A stretch of 64,000 bases of DNA from Octopus sinensis (Eukaryota). The translations under genes and the position numbers were made by a program. The stretch spans positions 87,234,001 through 87,298,000 of the forward strand of contig NC_042998.1 in NCBI RefSeq assembly GCF_006345805.1, given 5' to 3'. The notes below the pieces were generated by a model that had not been told where the DNA came from, made no database searches, and was given only the letters and a program-made list of their open reading frames with translations. Below are positions 12,751 to 26,033 of this stretch, one piece after another; position 1 is the stretch's first letter; each line of letters starts with the position of its first letter.

Positions 12751-13372
12751 TTGGTGATTTTGTATATATATATGAATATATCTATGTGCATATGTATGTA
12801 TATGTGTACATACATATGCATGTAATGACTAATACTAAATTCAGGCCACGACAGACAAGGAGGATGTTCTTAAAACTGAGAATGTCAACTTATGGAGGCA
12901 ATATTTACATATCACCTGAGGAAACACAACTAGATCTCATAATGCAGGGAAACAGTTACATAATCAAGTATCTGCATGTCTGGAGAACTATGTTGCATGG
13001 AAACAATTGTAGTGATTAAGAAATAAATGTCCAACTGTTCTCCTTGTTGACACCAAATTTTTTCAGATGTCCAAATGCAAACTGGAAAGTATGTATAATA
13101 CTACTACTAGATAGCACAGGATGAAATCTGAAGGTGGACAAGCTTTATACTGCACTCTATGTTCTTAACAGAATATACCGTAACTATCTATCTGTATACA
13201 ATATATATATATATATATATATAGTATTGGCCCAGGTCATATATATATATATTAAATTAGAGATAAAAACACTATTAGGCAAATCAAACAGTGAAAATCA
13301 TAAACCAATACATAGAAATAAAATTAAATTTTATTGGATTTACTCCCTAATATTATATATATATACACACAC

Positions 13373-13405
<33 letters not shown>

Positions 13406-14016
13406 TGTATGTATATATATATATATATATGTATACATAAATAAATAATATATGTATATATGTATGTATATATATATATGTATATATATGTATGTATGTG
13501 TACGTATATACATATATATATATATATTGTTACGATTACTGCACGACAAGGATACAGTCCCCAAACAAAACCAGTAAATAAAACAAACAGGTCTACACAA
13601 ATAAGTTATGTATTGAAAAATATGATAAAGTTTACAATAGTGTCAGTACAGAGTTGGTACAAAATAATTGGGTCAGGAGTCAAATAGTGGACAAAGTAGA
13701 ATAGTCACCAGAGTCATGAGTCTAAGAAATATTGATTGAAGATGTAGGTTCTTGATAACAGAGATTTCAATGCTGAAGATGAGAGTTGATGAATGGTCTT
13801 GAAAGTCATATCATCCAAAGTTGTCTCTCACCTTTCAGCCACTGTCTTTTATACTCTAAGGAACTTACAAAATAATTTGGCAAGGGTGCACCACATCATT
13901 GTCTCTCCCTCAAATGCCAGAATCTTTTTGCCCAAAGTAGTAATTTAATCTGAGCAAAGTGAAGCAAAGAAGGGGCAACTTTTTTTCTTTGGGAATAATT
14001 GGTGACTATATATATA

Positions 14017-14222
14017 CTTTTCTACTCCAGGCACAAGGCCTGAAATTTTTTTTGGGGGGGGGGGGGCAGCCGATTAGATTGACCCCAGTATGCAACTGGT
14101 ATTTAATTTATCGACCCTGAAAGGATGAACGGCAAAGCCAACCTTGGCAGCATTTGAACTCAGAACATAAATACTGCTAAACATTTCACCCAGCATGCTA
14201 ATGTTTCTGCCAGCTCACCACC
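14017..14222 (-). mobile_element. SINE (ggtggtgagctggcagaa family) with an 18-bp target-site duplication
   Basis: Flanked by ttggtgactatatatata (13999-14016) and ttggtgactatgtatata (14223-14240). Body contains ctgagttcaaa and gtcgactttgcc-type motifs. Confidence 0.9.
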
Positions 14223-14374
14223 TTGGTGACTATGTATATATTGACTTCACTGATTCAAAGCCAACCAATGGGCTAAACATTTTTGACCCAAAGATAACTA
14301 AAACTTAATTATTACAATATTATAATTAAGAAAAATATATTCTCATAAATATATATGTGTGTGTGTGTGTGTGT

Positions 14375-14409
<35 letters not shown>

Positions 14410-14499
14410 AATACTGTTCACTTTGGATAATATACCCACTTTATTGACAGTGTATCTTTTTTCTGACTTATAGACTTTTAGATGACTTACGCATGTATA

Positions 14500-14547
<48 letters not shown>

Positions 14548-14550
<3 letters not shown>

Positions 14551-14870
14551 GCATTCCATTGGTTACAATGATAAAGGTTTCATTTGATCCGATCAATGGA
14601 ACAGCCTACTTATGACATTAACGTGGAAGTGGCTAAGCACTCCACAGACACATGTACCCTTAACTTTGTTCTCAGGGAAATTCAGCATGACACAGAGTAT
14701 ATCAAAGAAGCTGGCCCTTTGAATTACAGGTAGTGCTAATTTTTGCCAGCTGAGTGGACTGAAGCAATGTGAAATAGAGTGTATTGCTCAAAGACACAAT
14801 TCAATGCTGGTTTTCAAACCTACAAACTCATGAGCTAAATATTCTAACCAATAAGCTACATGCCTTCACA
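14548..14870 (-). mobile_element. tRNA-head SINE (tgaagg...ttgagcaa...cattgctccagtccactcagc family)
   Basis: Head at the right end; body homologous to 23744-23958, 44685-44870 and 45085-45385. Confidence 0.8.
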
Positions 14871-15682
14871 CACACACATACATACATAAATGTATATATG
14901 TATGTGTGTGTGTGTGTGTGTACGTGTGTGTGCATGTGTGTGTGTGTGTTTGTGTGTGTATGTATATATAAATACATATATATGCATACATATACACACA
15001 TACAGACACATACATATACACACATACAGACACATACATATACACACATACACACATATGCATGCACTCTCACATACAGTGCTTCATCATACTTATATAG
15101 ACACACATTTAGAAAGATGGTGATTGGGTTTAAGAATAAATTCAAATCAATATATACATACACAATTACCTGCCTAGTTTGTGTGTTCATATAGATTATG
15201 ATTCACTAAAATGCATGCCTGTCGTTGGAAATACAATAACTAATCAAAAGTATATTGCTTTCTTATTTTCCTAACAATAGAAATGACTTAAGGAAAGCAG
15301 TTTAGATTATTGTTTTCTGGATCTCAGTATGTGACATTGTGATTTAATACTGCTTATATTTCCTTGTGAACGATTTCACATCATAAAATTTTCATATTAT
15401 ATTGTTTGTCAGCATATAGTTTTCCATGTGTGGAAAAACTAATAAAATATCAAACTACATTCCAAAACTTTCCACTTATATTATATTGCAATTGTGCCCA
15501 TAAAACATTAAATTGCAATTGTGCCCATAAACATAAGCATCTAACTTATTTTGACCTCGAGCGGTATCTGTTTCCCTTTCCTATTGTTTGTTGCCAGAGA
15601 GCGGTACATCTTTGATTCTCATCTACATCAATCTTTCCCTCCTTTACTTGTCTACAATCACATCCTTCCATTTCCTCATTCA

Positions 15683-15712
15683 CTGATGAAGAGGTTAGTC
15701 TGAAAAGGTTAG
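15683..15712 (+). ncRNA. Degenerate minimal hammerhead-like motif in a pLTR-like relic
   Basis: CUGAUGA, aga/ucu stem II, GAAA; stems I and III decayed. Confidence 0.3.
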
Positions 15713-16350
15713 ATTCTTCACTTCTTATAGGAATTATACTAATCTAATTTTCCTATGATCTCTTCTATTGCTGGCTTTGTCTACTTAGTTACATAATTAA
15801 AACAGTTAAGTAAATGTTTCCATAGTATTTTTTCTTTTCCATTTCTTATCCAATAGGAACAGGAAGTGTCCATGACCCTTTAAAAAATCTGGGAAAAAGT
15901 TGTGGTGTAAGTTAGAAAACATCCTCAAGCCAGATACCTGACTTAAATGCTTGCAACAAAGTGTATTCCACTAAAGATACCCAAGAATTAGATGGCAATG
16001 TTAAACTGGGAGACATATTAAGTCTATCGCTGAGGTATGCTATGATAGGATTTGAATTCAGAATGAAAAAAAAAAACAGGACAAATACTATAAGACATTT
16101 TGTCCAGTCGTCCGACATTTCCATCACTCCACTGCCCTAGACTAGTATTTTATTTAGTGACCCTTGAAGGATGAAAAGTAAAACTGAAATTTAAGGAATC
16201 TGAACTCAGAATGCAAGTCATCAGAATAAATATCACTAATTATTTTGTTTGATGCTTTAATGACTCAGCAATTTACCAAAGGAAAATGAAGTATAAAAAT
16301 GAATTAATAAATGTTTCATTAATTTGCTCTGCTGAGCTCAGATCCTATCT

Positions 16351-16406
16351 TGCTGAGTCAAGTGCATTTATCTCCTAGCTCGGAGATAAATGCACTTGAC
16401 TTAGCA
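16351..16406. other. Near-perfect 25-bp hairpin with a 6-nt loop
   Basis: tgctgagtcaagtgcatttatctcc-tagctc-ggagataaatgcacttgacttagca; one G.U pair on the + strand. Confidence 0.92.
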
Positions 16407-16754
16407 GAATATTTCAATATTCACAGTTTGAAGCCAAAATCTCTGCTAGAACTCAAATGAATCATTGCATTTCAGAACAGGTGGTGGGATGGCATCACAT
16501 TTTGTATCATATGGACAAAGTTAACCCCACCACTACCACCACTACACACACACTAACACACACACATGCAACATATATAAACATGCATGCTATATCAGGG
16601 TTTCCTAATATTTTGTGCTCCTGTTACCCCCGGCAACTTCTTGATAATAAATTTACCACCCCACCAAATTCTGACTTAGTCAATAATTTAAGTTTACAGT
16701 TCAAGCACTAATAAAATATCTTTATCAAACCCATTTTTATAACCATCATCATCC

Positions 16755-16794
<40 letters not shown>

Positions 16795-17166
16795 TTTCTG
16801 TCCATTTTCCAAGTTATCATGAGTTGGACTATTTGACTGGAGCAAGCAAGGCAGGGGACTAGTACATCAAGCTCCACTGTCTACTTTAGCGTGGTTTCTA
16901 CAGTTGGATGCCCTCCCCAACACCAATAGCAGACATGTCCCCTCAACTGAGTGTGAGCTAATATTGCAGTCCTCAAAACTTACACTTTTGAAAATCATAG
17001 AAATGGGAAACTGGTTAAATGTATTTATATAAATAAATTTTCCTATATACTCTCTGTGCATTTTTAACTTTATTTCTTATATATTACTGCTTGTATGACT
17101 TAGTAACTATTTTCTCTCTGTGTGTATGTGTGTGTGTATGTATGTGTGTGTGTGTGTGTGTGTGTA

Positions 17167-17232
<66 letters not shown>

Positions 17233-17814
17233 TAAATACATACATATATAGGACACTGTATAATGAGATCCAATGGAAGAATAACCCTGATGACAAAGAA
17301 ATAAGAATTCACAGTTTGGTGAAAGCCATAGCCACTCATATTAAAAAGGAGTACTAGTGGAATGTCCCAGTGAAAACCTCATTAAAATGTAAACACAATA
17401 AACGTGACATAATGATTTGAGATAGAAAGGAGAAACTGGGTACATTTGTGGAAACCAATTAACCAATGGATGTTAACATAAAGCTAAAGATCAGTGAAAA
17501 AGAAAATATCTAGACTGAACTATTGAGAAATTTGCAGTTACTCTATCTAGATTACACATTCAGGTTTATTCCTGTAATTATTGGAGTACTGAGATATGTC
17601 ACTCACTTCCTAAATAACAATCTTGAGAAATTAGGCCTCTTAAAACCAGAAAGGAGAAAGCTGATTCCAAGTCTACAGATCCAATCCATCACTGAGACTG
17701 TAAAAATCTATAAAACTTTCCAGAAGTTTATCATTTAAATACATATGAGCATGTCTAGATATGCAACTATATGCATGAGAATACATATACAAAGCAAAAC
17801 ATACAAATATACAC

Positions 17815-17869
17815 ACATACATACATACATACATACATACATACATACATACATACATACATACATACA

Positions 17870-17903
<34 letters not shown>

Positions 17904-17945
17904 CATACATACATACAGAAATACAGAAATACATACATACGTACA
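17815..17945. repeat. (TACA)n microsatellite
   Basis: About 22 near-perfect units, then degenerate. Confidence 0.95.
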
Positions 17946-18059
17946 TACAGAAAGATGTTGTTGAAATTCCAATGAGGGTGACTTGGATTTTGTTAGAAAC
18001 CAGCGCTTTCTCTATTGGCAAAAAATCTTGAAATGAAACTGAATAATGACATACATATA

Positions 18060-18447
18060 GGCACAGGAGTGGCTGTGTGGTAAGCAACTTGTTTACCAGC
18101 CATGTGGTTCCAGGTTCAGTCCCATTGCATGGCACTTTGGGTAAGTGTCTTCTACTATAGCCTTGGGCCAACCAAAGCCTTCTGAGTGGATTTGGTAGAC
18201 AGAAACTGAAAGAAGCCCATCGTTTATATGTATGTGTGTGTATATGTTTGTGTGTCTGTGTTTCACCCCCAACATCACTTGACAACCGATGCTGGTGTGT
18301 GTACGTCCCCATAACTTAGTGTTTCGGCAAAAGCAACTGATAGAATAAGTACTAGGCTTACAAAGAATAAGTCCTGGGGTCATTTGCTCGTCTAAAGGCG
18401 GTGCTCCAGCATGGCCACAGTCAAATGACTGAAACAAGTAAAAGAGT
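18060..18447 (+). mobile_element. Full-length tRNA-derived CORE-type SINE
   Basis: ggcacaggagtggctgtgtggtaag head, ggttcagtccc B-box-like motif, ttgggtaagtg CORE-like motif, internal (TG)n, tail gctccagcatggcc...gaaacaagtaaaaga. Confidence 0.88.
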
Positions 18448-18564
18448 ATATATGTGTATACACACATACATGCATAAGGGCTTACATATTTATATGTGTG
18501 TATGTATTTTGTTGTATATGCATAACTTATAAAGTTTATAAATGCAAATGATTCTCAAGATTAA

Positions 18565-18779
18565 CCCTTTCGATACTGACCTGGCTGAAACCAGCTCTGG
18601 CTCTGAGTACAAATGTCTTGTTTTCATAAGTTTTGAATTAAAATCTTCCACCAAACCTTAGTCACAATTTATGTTCCTAACACTAGCTGAATGATCACTA
18701 AGTTATTTTGCTAAATTCTTTATATTTAAAGTAATTGAAACAAACAGAGCATCTCAAAATAAATACAATAATGAAAGGG
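18565..18779. mobile_element. piggyBac-like MITE, copy 1
   Basis: TTAA|ccctttcgatac...aatgaaaggg|TTAA; three copies in the window. Confidence 0.85.
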
Positions 18780-19585
18780 TTAAAGAGATTGTAATTAAAC
18801 AGTGCTTTTTTCTGGTTTCTTCATGTTAATGGCTGAGATTTATGTTCTCCATATGGAAAGGACATTGGTCGATCACAGGTAACAATCTCAGATTATTTTA
18901 GGTAACCTTCTAAACACTATTTTGCTGAGAAACACACTAAATCATCTCAGAATTGAACTATTGGCATACATGCTGGTAATTTGATATGTTATTGACTGAG
19001 TCAGCCAGCCACTACACATACAGTATTATAATTGTCATCATCATCCTTTCTTTTTTTTGTTCATAACATTCATGTTATATAGAATAGGGGTTCTCTAAAT
19101 GGAATAAATTTCACCTGATCTGGTGGGAGTGGGGGACAATATTCTTTTGTTTATAATTTTTAAAAAACCCAAAATTGAGAAGAAATTTTGAAACAGGCCA
19201 ATTTTGTGCTAAAAATAACATGTATTTTTCCTTTCTACTACTTTGGATTTAATGATTTGTCATATATTTCTTAATTACTGTGTTAATAATGGAATAATTG
19301 TATTCAGAAGATTATGTTTGGTTAGTTTGGTTCTGTTATCCATTCTTCATTAGTTCACAAATAGATTAATTAAATAACATTAGTATGTCTTTTCATTCTT
19401 AATATGTTCTGGCAAATGTGAATATATGATTATTGCTGACTTTCATTAACTGAGAACATCCTGTGCTTGTGCTCTTGTCAGATTCATTTGCTCAGTAGGC
19501 TAGATTTGAGTGATGAGACATGTGACAAGATCAAAACACCAAGATGTTGCCAAGTCGTCTTACACTGGTGAATTGGCGAATGTGT

Positions 19586-19616
<31 letters not shown>

Positions 19617-20441
19617 GTGTGTGTGTTTGACCTACCCCCCCCCAAATTGCTTGACAACCAATGCTGGTGTGTATACATCCCTGTAATGTAGCGGTTTGTC
19701 AAAAGAGACCGATAGAATAAGTACTAGGCTTACAAAGAATAAAAGTGGTGCTCCAGCACGGGCATAGTCAAATGACTGAAACAAATAAAAGAATAAAAGA
19801 ATATATATGTATTCATATATATAGGCATCGCCACCACCACCACCATCGCCCCTACCACTCCCACTGCCACCCCTGCCACAACCATTTCCCCTGTTATCAG
19901 GTTTACATTACTCTGTCATTGAATAATAACAATAATAACCATTCCATTTTCCTCAATAGAAATTTCTTGGATCCAAATTTAATAAAAGACAGCAAACATT
20001 GCTGTACCATGCATGCATTCCTTAACATGGTTATTGGTAACATTAAGTGAAGTTGGTCTGAAAAGGAAATGGCTTACAACCTGGAATTTTATTAAAACTA
20101 CACTTATGAAAGTAGCAGTAAAAGAGGAAGTAAAAAATAAAATAAAGAAGGAAATTGTAAAACTATCTGCACCTCACCGAAAAAGCATGATTTTACAAGA
20201 ATTATATCCTTTCCTTTTTTGCTATAAAAATTGCTCCAATACAATGTTTTTCATAATCATTATCATCATCATGTGACTAGTATGTCATTTCAAAGAATTG
20301 CTCAATGGATTTTTTTCAAGCCAAGCCAAACAGCAAAAGACTGAGGACTTGACTAAGAACAAAATGATTGGATAATAATTTATAGTCACAGTTGCTTCTG
20401 GTGGGAATTTCTGGAGGAGAAATATTGGGTGAAGAAGGTAG

Positions 20442-20472
<31 letters not shown>

Positions 20473-20490
20473 ATATTCATAACTGTTTAG

Positions 20491-20704
20491 GGTGGTGAGC
20501 TGGCAGAATTATTAGTACACTGGGCAAAATGCCTAGCAAGCAATATTTCATCTGCCTTTACATTCTGAGTTCAAATTCCGCTAAGGTCGACTTTGCCTTT
20601 CATCCTTTCAGTGTTGATAAATTAAGTACCAGTTGCGTACTGGGGTCGTTCTAATTGACTGGCCTCCACCCCCAAAATTTCAGGCCTTGTGCCTAGAGTA
20701 GAAA
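20491..20704 (+). mobile_element. SINE (ggtggtgagctggcagaa family)
   Basis: Same family as 14017, 33051 and 33281. Confidence 0.88.
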
Positions 20705-20860
20705 ATAAAAGAATATTTGCCTTTCTCTAATAGTATTGGTTAAATTAACTTAAAGGATGCGTGAAACCAGTACCATATTCTGATTAAAAATGAAAATGTT
20801 TATGATGCAAGAATGGACAAGTAGAATGGACATACATAACTTAAACAACTTAGACTGGTT

Positions 20861-21200
20861 TCAGCTATTATCAGCCCAGGCCATAACTAACTCAATAGCA
20901 AGGCCTGGAAAAGTCTTTTGGGACACCATGGACCACTCAAGCAGAGAGTTGTTGTTGGCTGAGACATATCCAGGTGTAGGTGGGTTATCTGGTATTTCCT
21001 GGAAGAATTTGTTCAGGTACCGTTTGAAAGTTGTGGGAAGTTTTTCTACTTTAATTTCTTTTGGAATAATATTGAAAAGATCAGGTCTATTTGCAGTGAA
21101 AAAATTATGCCACAATGTTCTTATGTTTAGAGTATTTAGGAAATTACTTGATACAGTTATAATATTTAGAGAAAGATTTTTTTCAAAACGTCAGGGTTAA
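20861..21200 (-). mobile_element. CR1/L2-group LINE 3' fragment
   Basis: HNFFTANRPDLFNIIPKEIK...FKRYLNKFFQEIPDNPPTPGYVSANNNSLLEW. Confidence 0.75.
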
Positions 21201-21258
21201 GAAAATAACTTGTTAGAGAGTAGAATGGTACTAACCTTTAGGGAGGTATTTCACAAAT

Positions 21259-21298
<40 letters not shown>

Positions 21299-21704
21299 CA
21301 ATGGCGTACTGGGTCTAAAAATATTGGTTGCCAGGAGACTAAGGAGACCCACCTGTAACTACAATACTATCATTTAATTTTTATAACCATGAGAGAAACC
21401 CTTTTGCTAAAAAAAATTGTAAATATTTTCAAACAAAAAGGTGTGTGATTTAAGGGAGATTTGGCTGTTGTTTCTAGCACATTCGACGACTACCTTCCTC
21501 ATTTCTTTGTTACTGTCACATTTATGGATGATTTTCAATAACTTTCTTCCCATAAGCACATTCTATGGAACAGGGATAAGGAAGCAACACACGTGTAGTA
21601 CATTGCTGGGATTTAAGCAACAAAAAAAATTGAAATTTAAATCCCATCACTACCACCAACCAAGCGAGGCCATGTGTGTGTGTGTTTGTGTGTGTGTGTG
21701 CGTG

Positions 21705-21960
21705 TGACCAACTTTAAGAGAATCAATAAGAAATGTCCAGCATCTTTGGCCGATTTTGTATGGCGACTGAAGGAAGAAAAAAATTAAGTACAACATAACT
21801 TGGTCCATAGTAAGGCACACGAAACCATTCAATATCATTTCCAGGAGAAGCCAACTCTGCTTCGAGGAATCCCTGTCTATTTTGTAGACCAATGAGAATA
21901 TCATTAATAGAATTTCTGTAAGACTCTCATTATACCTACACACATATAAATGTACTTTCA
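21705..21960 (+). mobile_element. Penelope-like GIY-YIG C-terminal relic
   Basis: ASLADFVWRLKEEK.KYNITWSIVRHTKPFNIISRRSQLCFEE...NRIS, with a frameshift. Confidence 0.7.
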
Positions 21961-22011
21961 CACACTGCAGTGGGAATGAATTTAAGTAACTGTTAACATA
22001 ATTTACTTTAA

Positions 22012-22232
22012 ACCTTTTGTTACCAACCCTGCTGAAACCAGCTCTGGTTCTGTAGTACAAAGGTCTTGTTTTCATAAATTTTGAATTAAAATCTTCCACC
22101 TAACCTTAGTCATAATTTATGTTCCTAACTCTGTCTGAATGATAACTAAGTTAATTTACTGAATTCTTTGTTATATTTAAAGTAATTGAAAGAAACACAG
22201 AGCATCTCAAAATAAATACAGTAACGAAAGGG
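22012..22232. mobile_element. piggyBac-like MITE, copy 2
   Basis: TTAA flanks, right TIR gtaacgaaaggg; body matches 18565. Confidence 0.85.
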
Positions 22233-23542
22233 TTAAGGTAGAGACGAATTAAGTTTAGTTTTAACCTCCCCATTCTTATTAACACCAAGTAGCTATTTAA
22301 CTTGCTTTGTCACCGTGAGTGCACCAAACCACACATGTGCATATGTTTACATTTTCATGGATGCTTGTATGGGTGATTGTAGACATGCCAGGCAACTTGC
22401 ATGAGGACGTTTATACATCCATATTTGTTAACAGTTATTTTTAATACTTTTCCCACTCTATTATATGTTCATTTCTTTTTTGCATCTGTGGTTTTATTTT
22501 TGATTTTCTATGTAAATGAAGATATTTCCTTCGTTATGCTGCTTTTCTTTCAATGAAATGAAAAGATACATAGCAGAACTGTTATTTTAATAAGTTGTGT
22601 CTATTTATCACCCAATGAGACACATCAGCACCATCAGATGCTACTGAGCTAGTTGTTAAGTGTCTCACTTGTGAGGGATTGATGCTAGATGTGTCAAAAT
22701 AATTGTTGTGGTTAATAATAAACTCTCATATTTTCCACCTTCTGTCATATTCCATTTACCATTTATATATAGTGTAAGTGAGGAGGGGTTAAATAAACTA
22801 GATATTTACCTCAGGAAGTACTCACCCAACTGGTAGCTATTTGAAAGTGTTTACAGGAGAATTTCTCCCATGGAAACTTTGGTTTCAAACAAACAGAAAA
22901 TCCATAAGGTTTACTTCAGTTACAAAAATAGATCCACAAATTAATAAGAGGTATCTATCTAACTATAATATTAAATTTTTTTTAATAATCTGCCTATTTT
23001 CCTTCTTGTTGAAATTTTGAATCTTAGTTTCATACACTGTAATCTATTGCAAAAGTTTATGTATTTAAGTTGAATAACCAAATCATTCAATCTATATATA
23101 TCAAACTGAGAATGTGTGTCTGTCTGTATGTGAACTACCCAACCAATTTCATTCAAATTTTACACATGCCTTACTTAGGGTCTATGCAGTGTCATGGGCC
23201 AAACAATTTTCAATTTCTTGCCTGATGCAAACCCGGAGCAATCTCTTATTTCTTACACTATTTCAGTATTACATGTCAAAAGTGAAACAATAACATCTCT
23301 ATTGTAATGTGAGATACTTCCAGTTTTAACACTTTCAATATTAATACTGAAACTATTATCTCATTTACATATATACATACATGCATATATGTGTGTGTGT
23401 ATTATGTGTGTGTATATATATATATGCATGTATATATGTGTATATACATCTGCACATATATATGTATGCATATATATATATGTATAGATGCATATGTATC
23501 CATGTATAGATATATATGTATAGATGTATGTATATATACATG

Positions 23543-23628
<86 letters not shown>

Positions 23629-23647
23629 TTTATATGTATATGACATC

Positions 23648-23958
23648 AAGTTTTGCTCAAGGACACAGTGTGTTTCCAGGAACTGAACTCACTACCTTTC
23701 AATTATGAACTGAATACCCTAACCACTAAGCCACACACCTTCACATTGCTCCAGTCCACTCAGCTGGCAAAAATGAGTAGTAATTGTATTTCAAAGGGCC
23801 AGCCTTGTCACACTTTGTGTCACACTGAATCTCCCGAAAACTGCATTAATGGTACATGTGTCTGTGGAGTGCTCAGCCACTTGCACATTAATTTCATTTG
23901 CAAGCTGTTCCATTGAACATATCCGCTGGGACCCTCATCATCATAACCGATGGAGTGC
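23648..23958 (+). mobile_element. tRNA-head SINE with its 5' head inverted
   Basis: 23648-23743 is the antisense head; 23744-23958 is the sense body. Compared with the intact copy at 14548-14870. Confidence 0.8.
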
Positions 23959-24142
23959 TCCTCCTATATGTGAATCGTTGGCAATTTTTTTTCCTCTGTC
24001 TTCCTTTTCTACTGAACATTCCTCTGTTTCCTCACGTTGTTCTTTTGTGTTTGTTCTTCATTTTTTATTTATTTATTACATGTATATATACATATATATG
24101 TGTGTATATATATATATGTGTGTATATATATGTGTGTATACA

Positions 24143-24184
<42 letters not shown>

Positions 24185-24406
24185 TTTATATGTATACATA
24201 TGTATATTGTTAATATATAAATATGTATATATACATGTATATATGTATATACTGTATATATATATATATGTATATATACACATGTATATAGATATACATC
24301 TCTATATATATATATACATGTATATATATATAGGTATATGTATATATACATGTATATATATATATATATATACATGTGTATATATTTATACATGTATAGA
24401 TATGTA

Positions 24407-25574
24407 TTGGGTTGGCAACTAAGTTCCTGCCGTTGTTTTAAATTTAAATTTCTTAACAGATTTAGTAAAAAATAACAACTAATTAATCAATAAGGTATTC
24501 ACTGTTGTTGTTTGCAACTTCTTCCCAATGTTCAACAAAATTTTCAATCCCTCTCATTTCTGCATCAGTATTGAACGAAACTCCATGCATAGCACTTGAA
24601 AGAGATGGAAAGAGGTGGAAATCCATTGGTGCCAAATCAAGAGAATATGGCAGGTGCAGCAGCACTTCCCAGCCCTGCGTTTGAATGGCTTATTTGGTTA
24701 TATTGGCAATATGAGGGCGGGCGTTGTTGTGCAGCAGAAGAACTCCATACTGATGATTAGGTCTTTTCTCTTGAACAGCTGTGTTGAGTCGTTCCATCTG
24801 TTGAACATAGAGTTCCGTGTTGACTGTTTGGTTCCATTCAAGCAATTCATAATGGATAATCCCTTCCCAGTCCCACCGTATGCACAACATTGTTTTTCGT
24901 GGATGAAGATCTTGTTTCACATGCAGTGTCACTTGTTTACTGGGGCTAAGCCATTCCTTATGCTGCTTCATATTGATGTACAGGCACTATTTTTCATCAC
25001 CAGTAACGATTCAGTAAAGAAATCATTGCTTGTGTCCACAAGTTGAGCGGTGACGAGCAAGCAAACCAGCGAAGATTGTGGCTTGCTGATATTTGTTGTT
25101 GTCACTTAAAGCATGTAGAACTCATGCTCCATACTTCTGAACCATCGAGTAAAGATGCTTCTCTATAGCAGTGTGGAAGCATTCCATTTTCTCTGCCAGT
25201 TCCCTTGTCGTTAGATGAGAATTTTCGTGCAAAAGTTGGTTTAATTGCTCTTCATCTAATTCAACTGGATGGCCAGAACGAGGTGCGTCTTTGAGGTCAA
25301 AATTTCCATTTTTGAACTTGGCATACTAATCACGAGTGGTTCTTTCAGCTATAGCACCCTCTCCATACACAGCACAAATGCCGCGAGCAGCTTTTGCAGT
25401 CTTAGAACATTGATCTGAAAATAAACAAAAATTAACTAAAATTAACTAGAAAAAAAAAAACAGATTCCAAAATGATTCAAAAATAGAATTCTCAAAAAAA
25501 ATAGATTCCAAAATTTAAAAACGCAATAAATTTCAAACTATAAAAAAATGGGGGGAACTTAGTTGCCAACCCAA
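24407..25574 (-). mobile_element. Full-length mariner (DD34D) with both TIRs and TA TSD; decayed transposase
   Basis: TA|ttgggttggcaactaagttcc ... ggaacttagttgccaacccaa|TA (21-bp perfect TIR). Motifs HPRKTMLCI.WD.EG, LLHNNARPH, YSLDLAPMDFHLF. Confidence 0.95.
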
Positions 25575-25598
25575 TATATGTTTTTATGTATATATATA

Positions 25599-25763
25599 GG
25601 CGCAGGAGTGGCTGTGTGGTAAATAGCTTGCTAACCAACCACATGGTTCTGGGTTCAGTCCCACTGCGTGGCATCTTGGGCAAGTGTCTTCTGCTATAGC
25701 CCCGGGTCGACCAATGCCTTGTGAGTGGATTTGGTAGACGGAAACTGAAAGAAGCCTGTCGTA

Positions 25764-25835
<72 letters not shown>

Positions 25836-26033
25836 TGTGTCTGTGTTTGTCCCCCTAGCATTGCTTGACAACCGATGCTGGTGTGTTTACGTCCCTGTCA
25901 CTTAGCAGTTCGGCAAAAGAGACCAATAGAATAAGTACTGGGCTTACAAAGAATAAGTCCCGAGGTCGATTTGCTCGACTAAAGGCGGTGCTCCAGCATG
26001 GCCGCAGTCAAATGACTGAAACAAGTAAAAGAG
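25599..26033 (+). mobile_element. Young full-length CORE-type SINE
   Basis: Same family as 18060; retains CpGs; abuts the mariner end. Confidence 0.9.

Noticed and set aside
13530-13960. Possible LTR fragment starting tgttacg
   Set aside because: No second LTR, PBS, PPT or coding remnant seen.
18803-18878. Candidate exon LFSGFFMLMAEIYV...
   Set aside because: No homology, phases do not fit KCNQ1, and short open frames arise by chance.
19482-19567. Candidate exon IHLLSRLDLSDETC...
   Set aside because: No homology; ends in phase 2; weak donor.
22615-22670. tgagacac/gtgtctca inverted pair
   Set aside because: Only 8 bp with an irregular interior; not a convincing hairpin.
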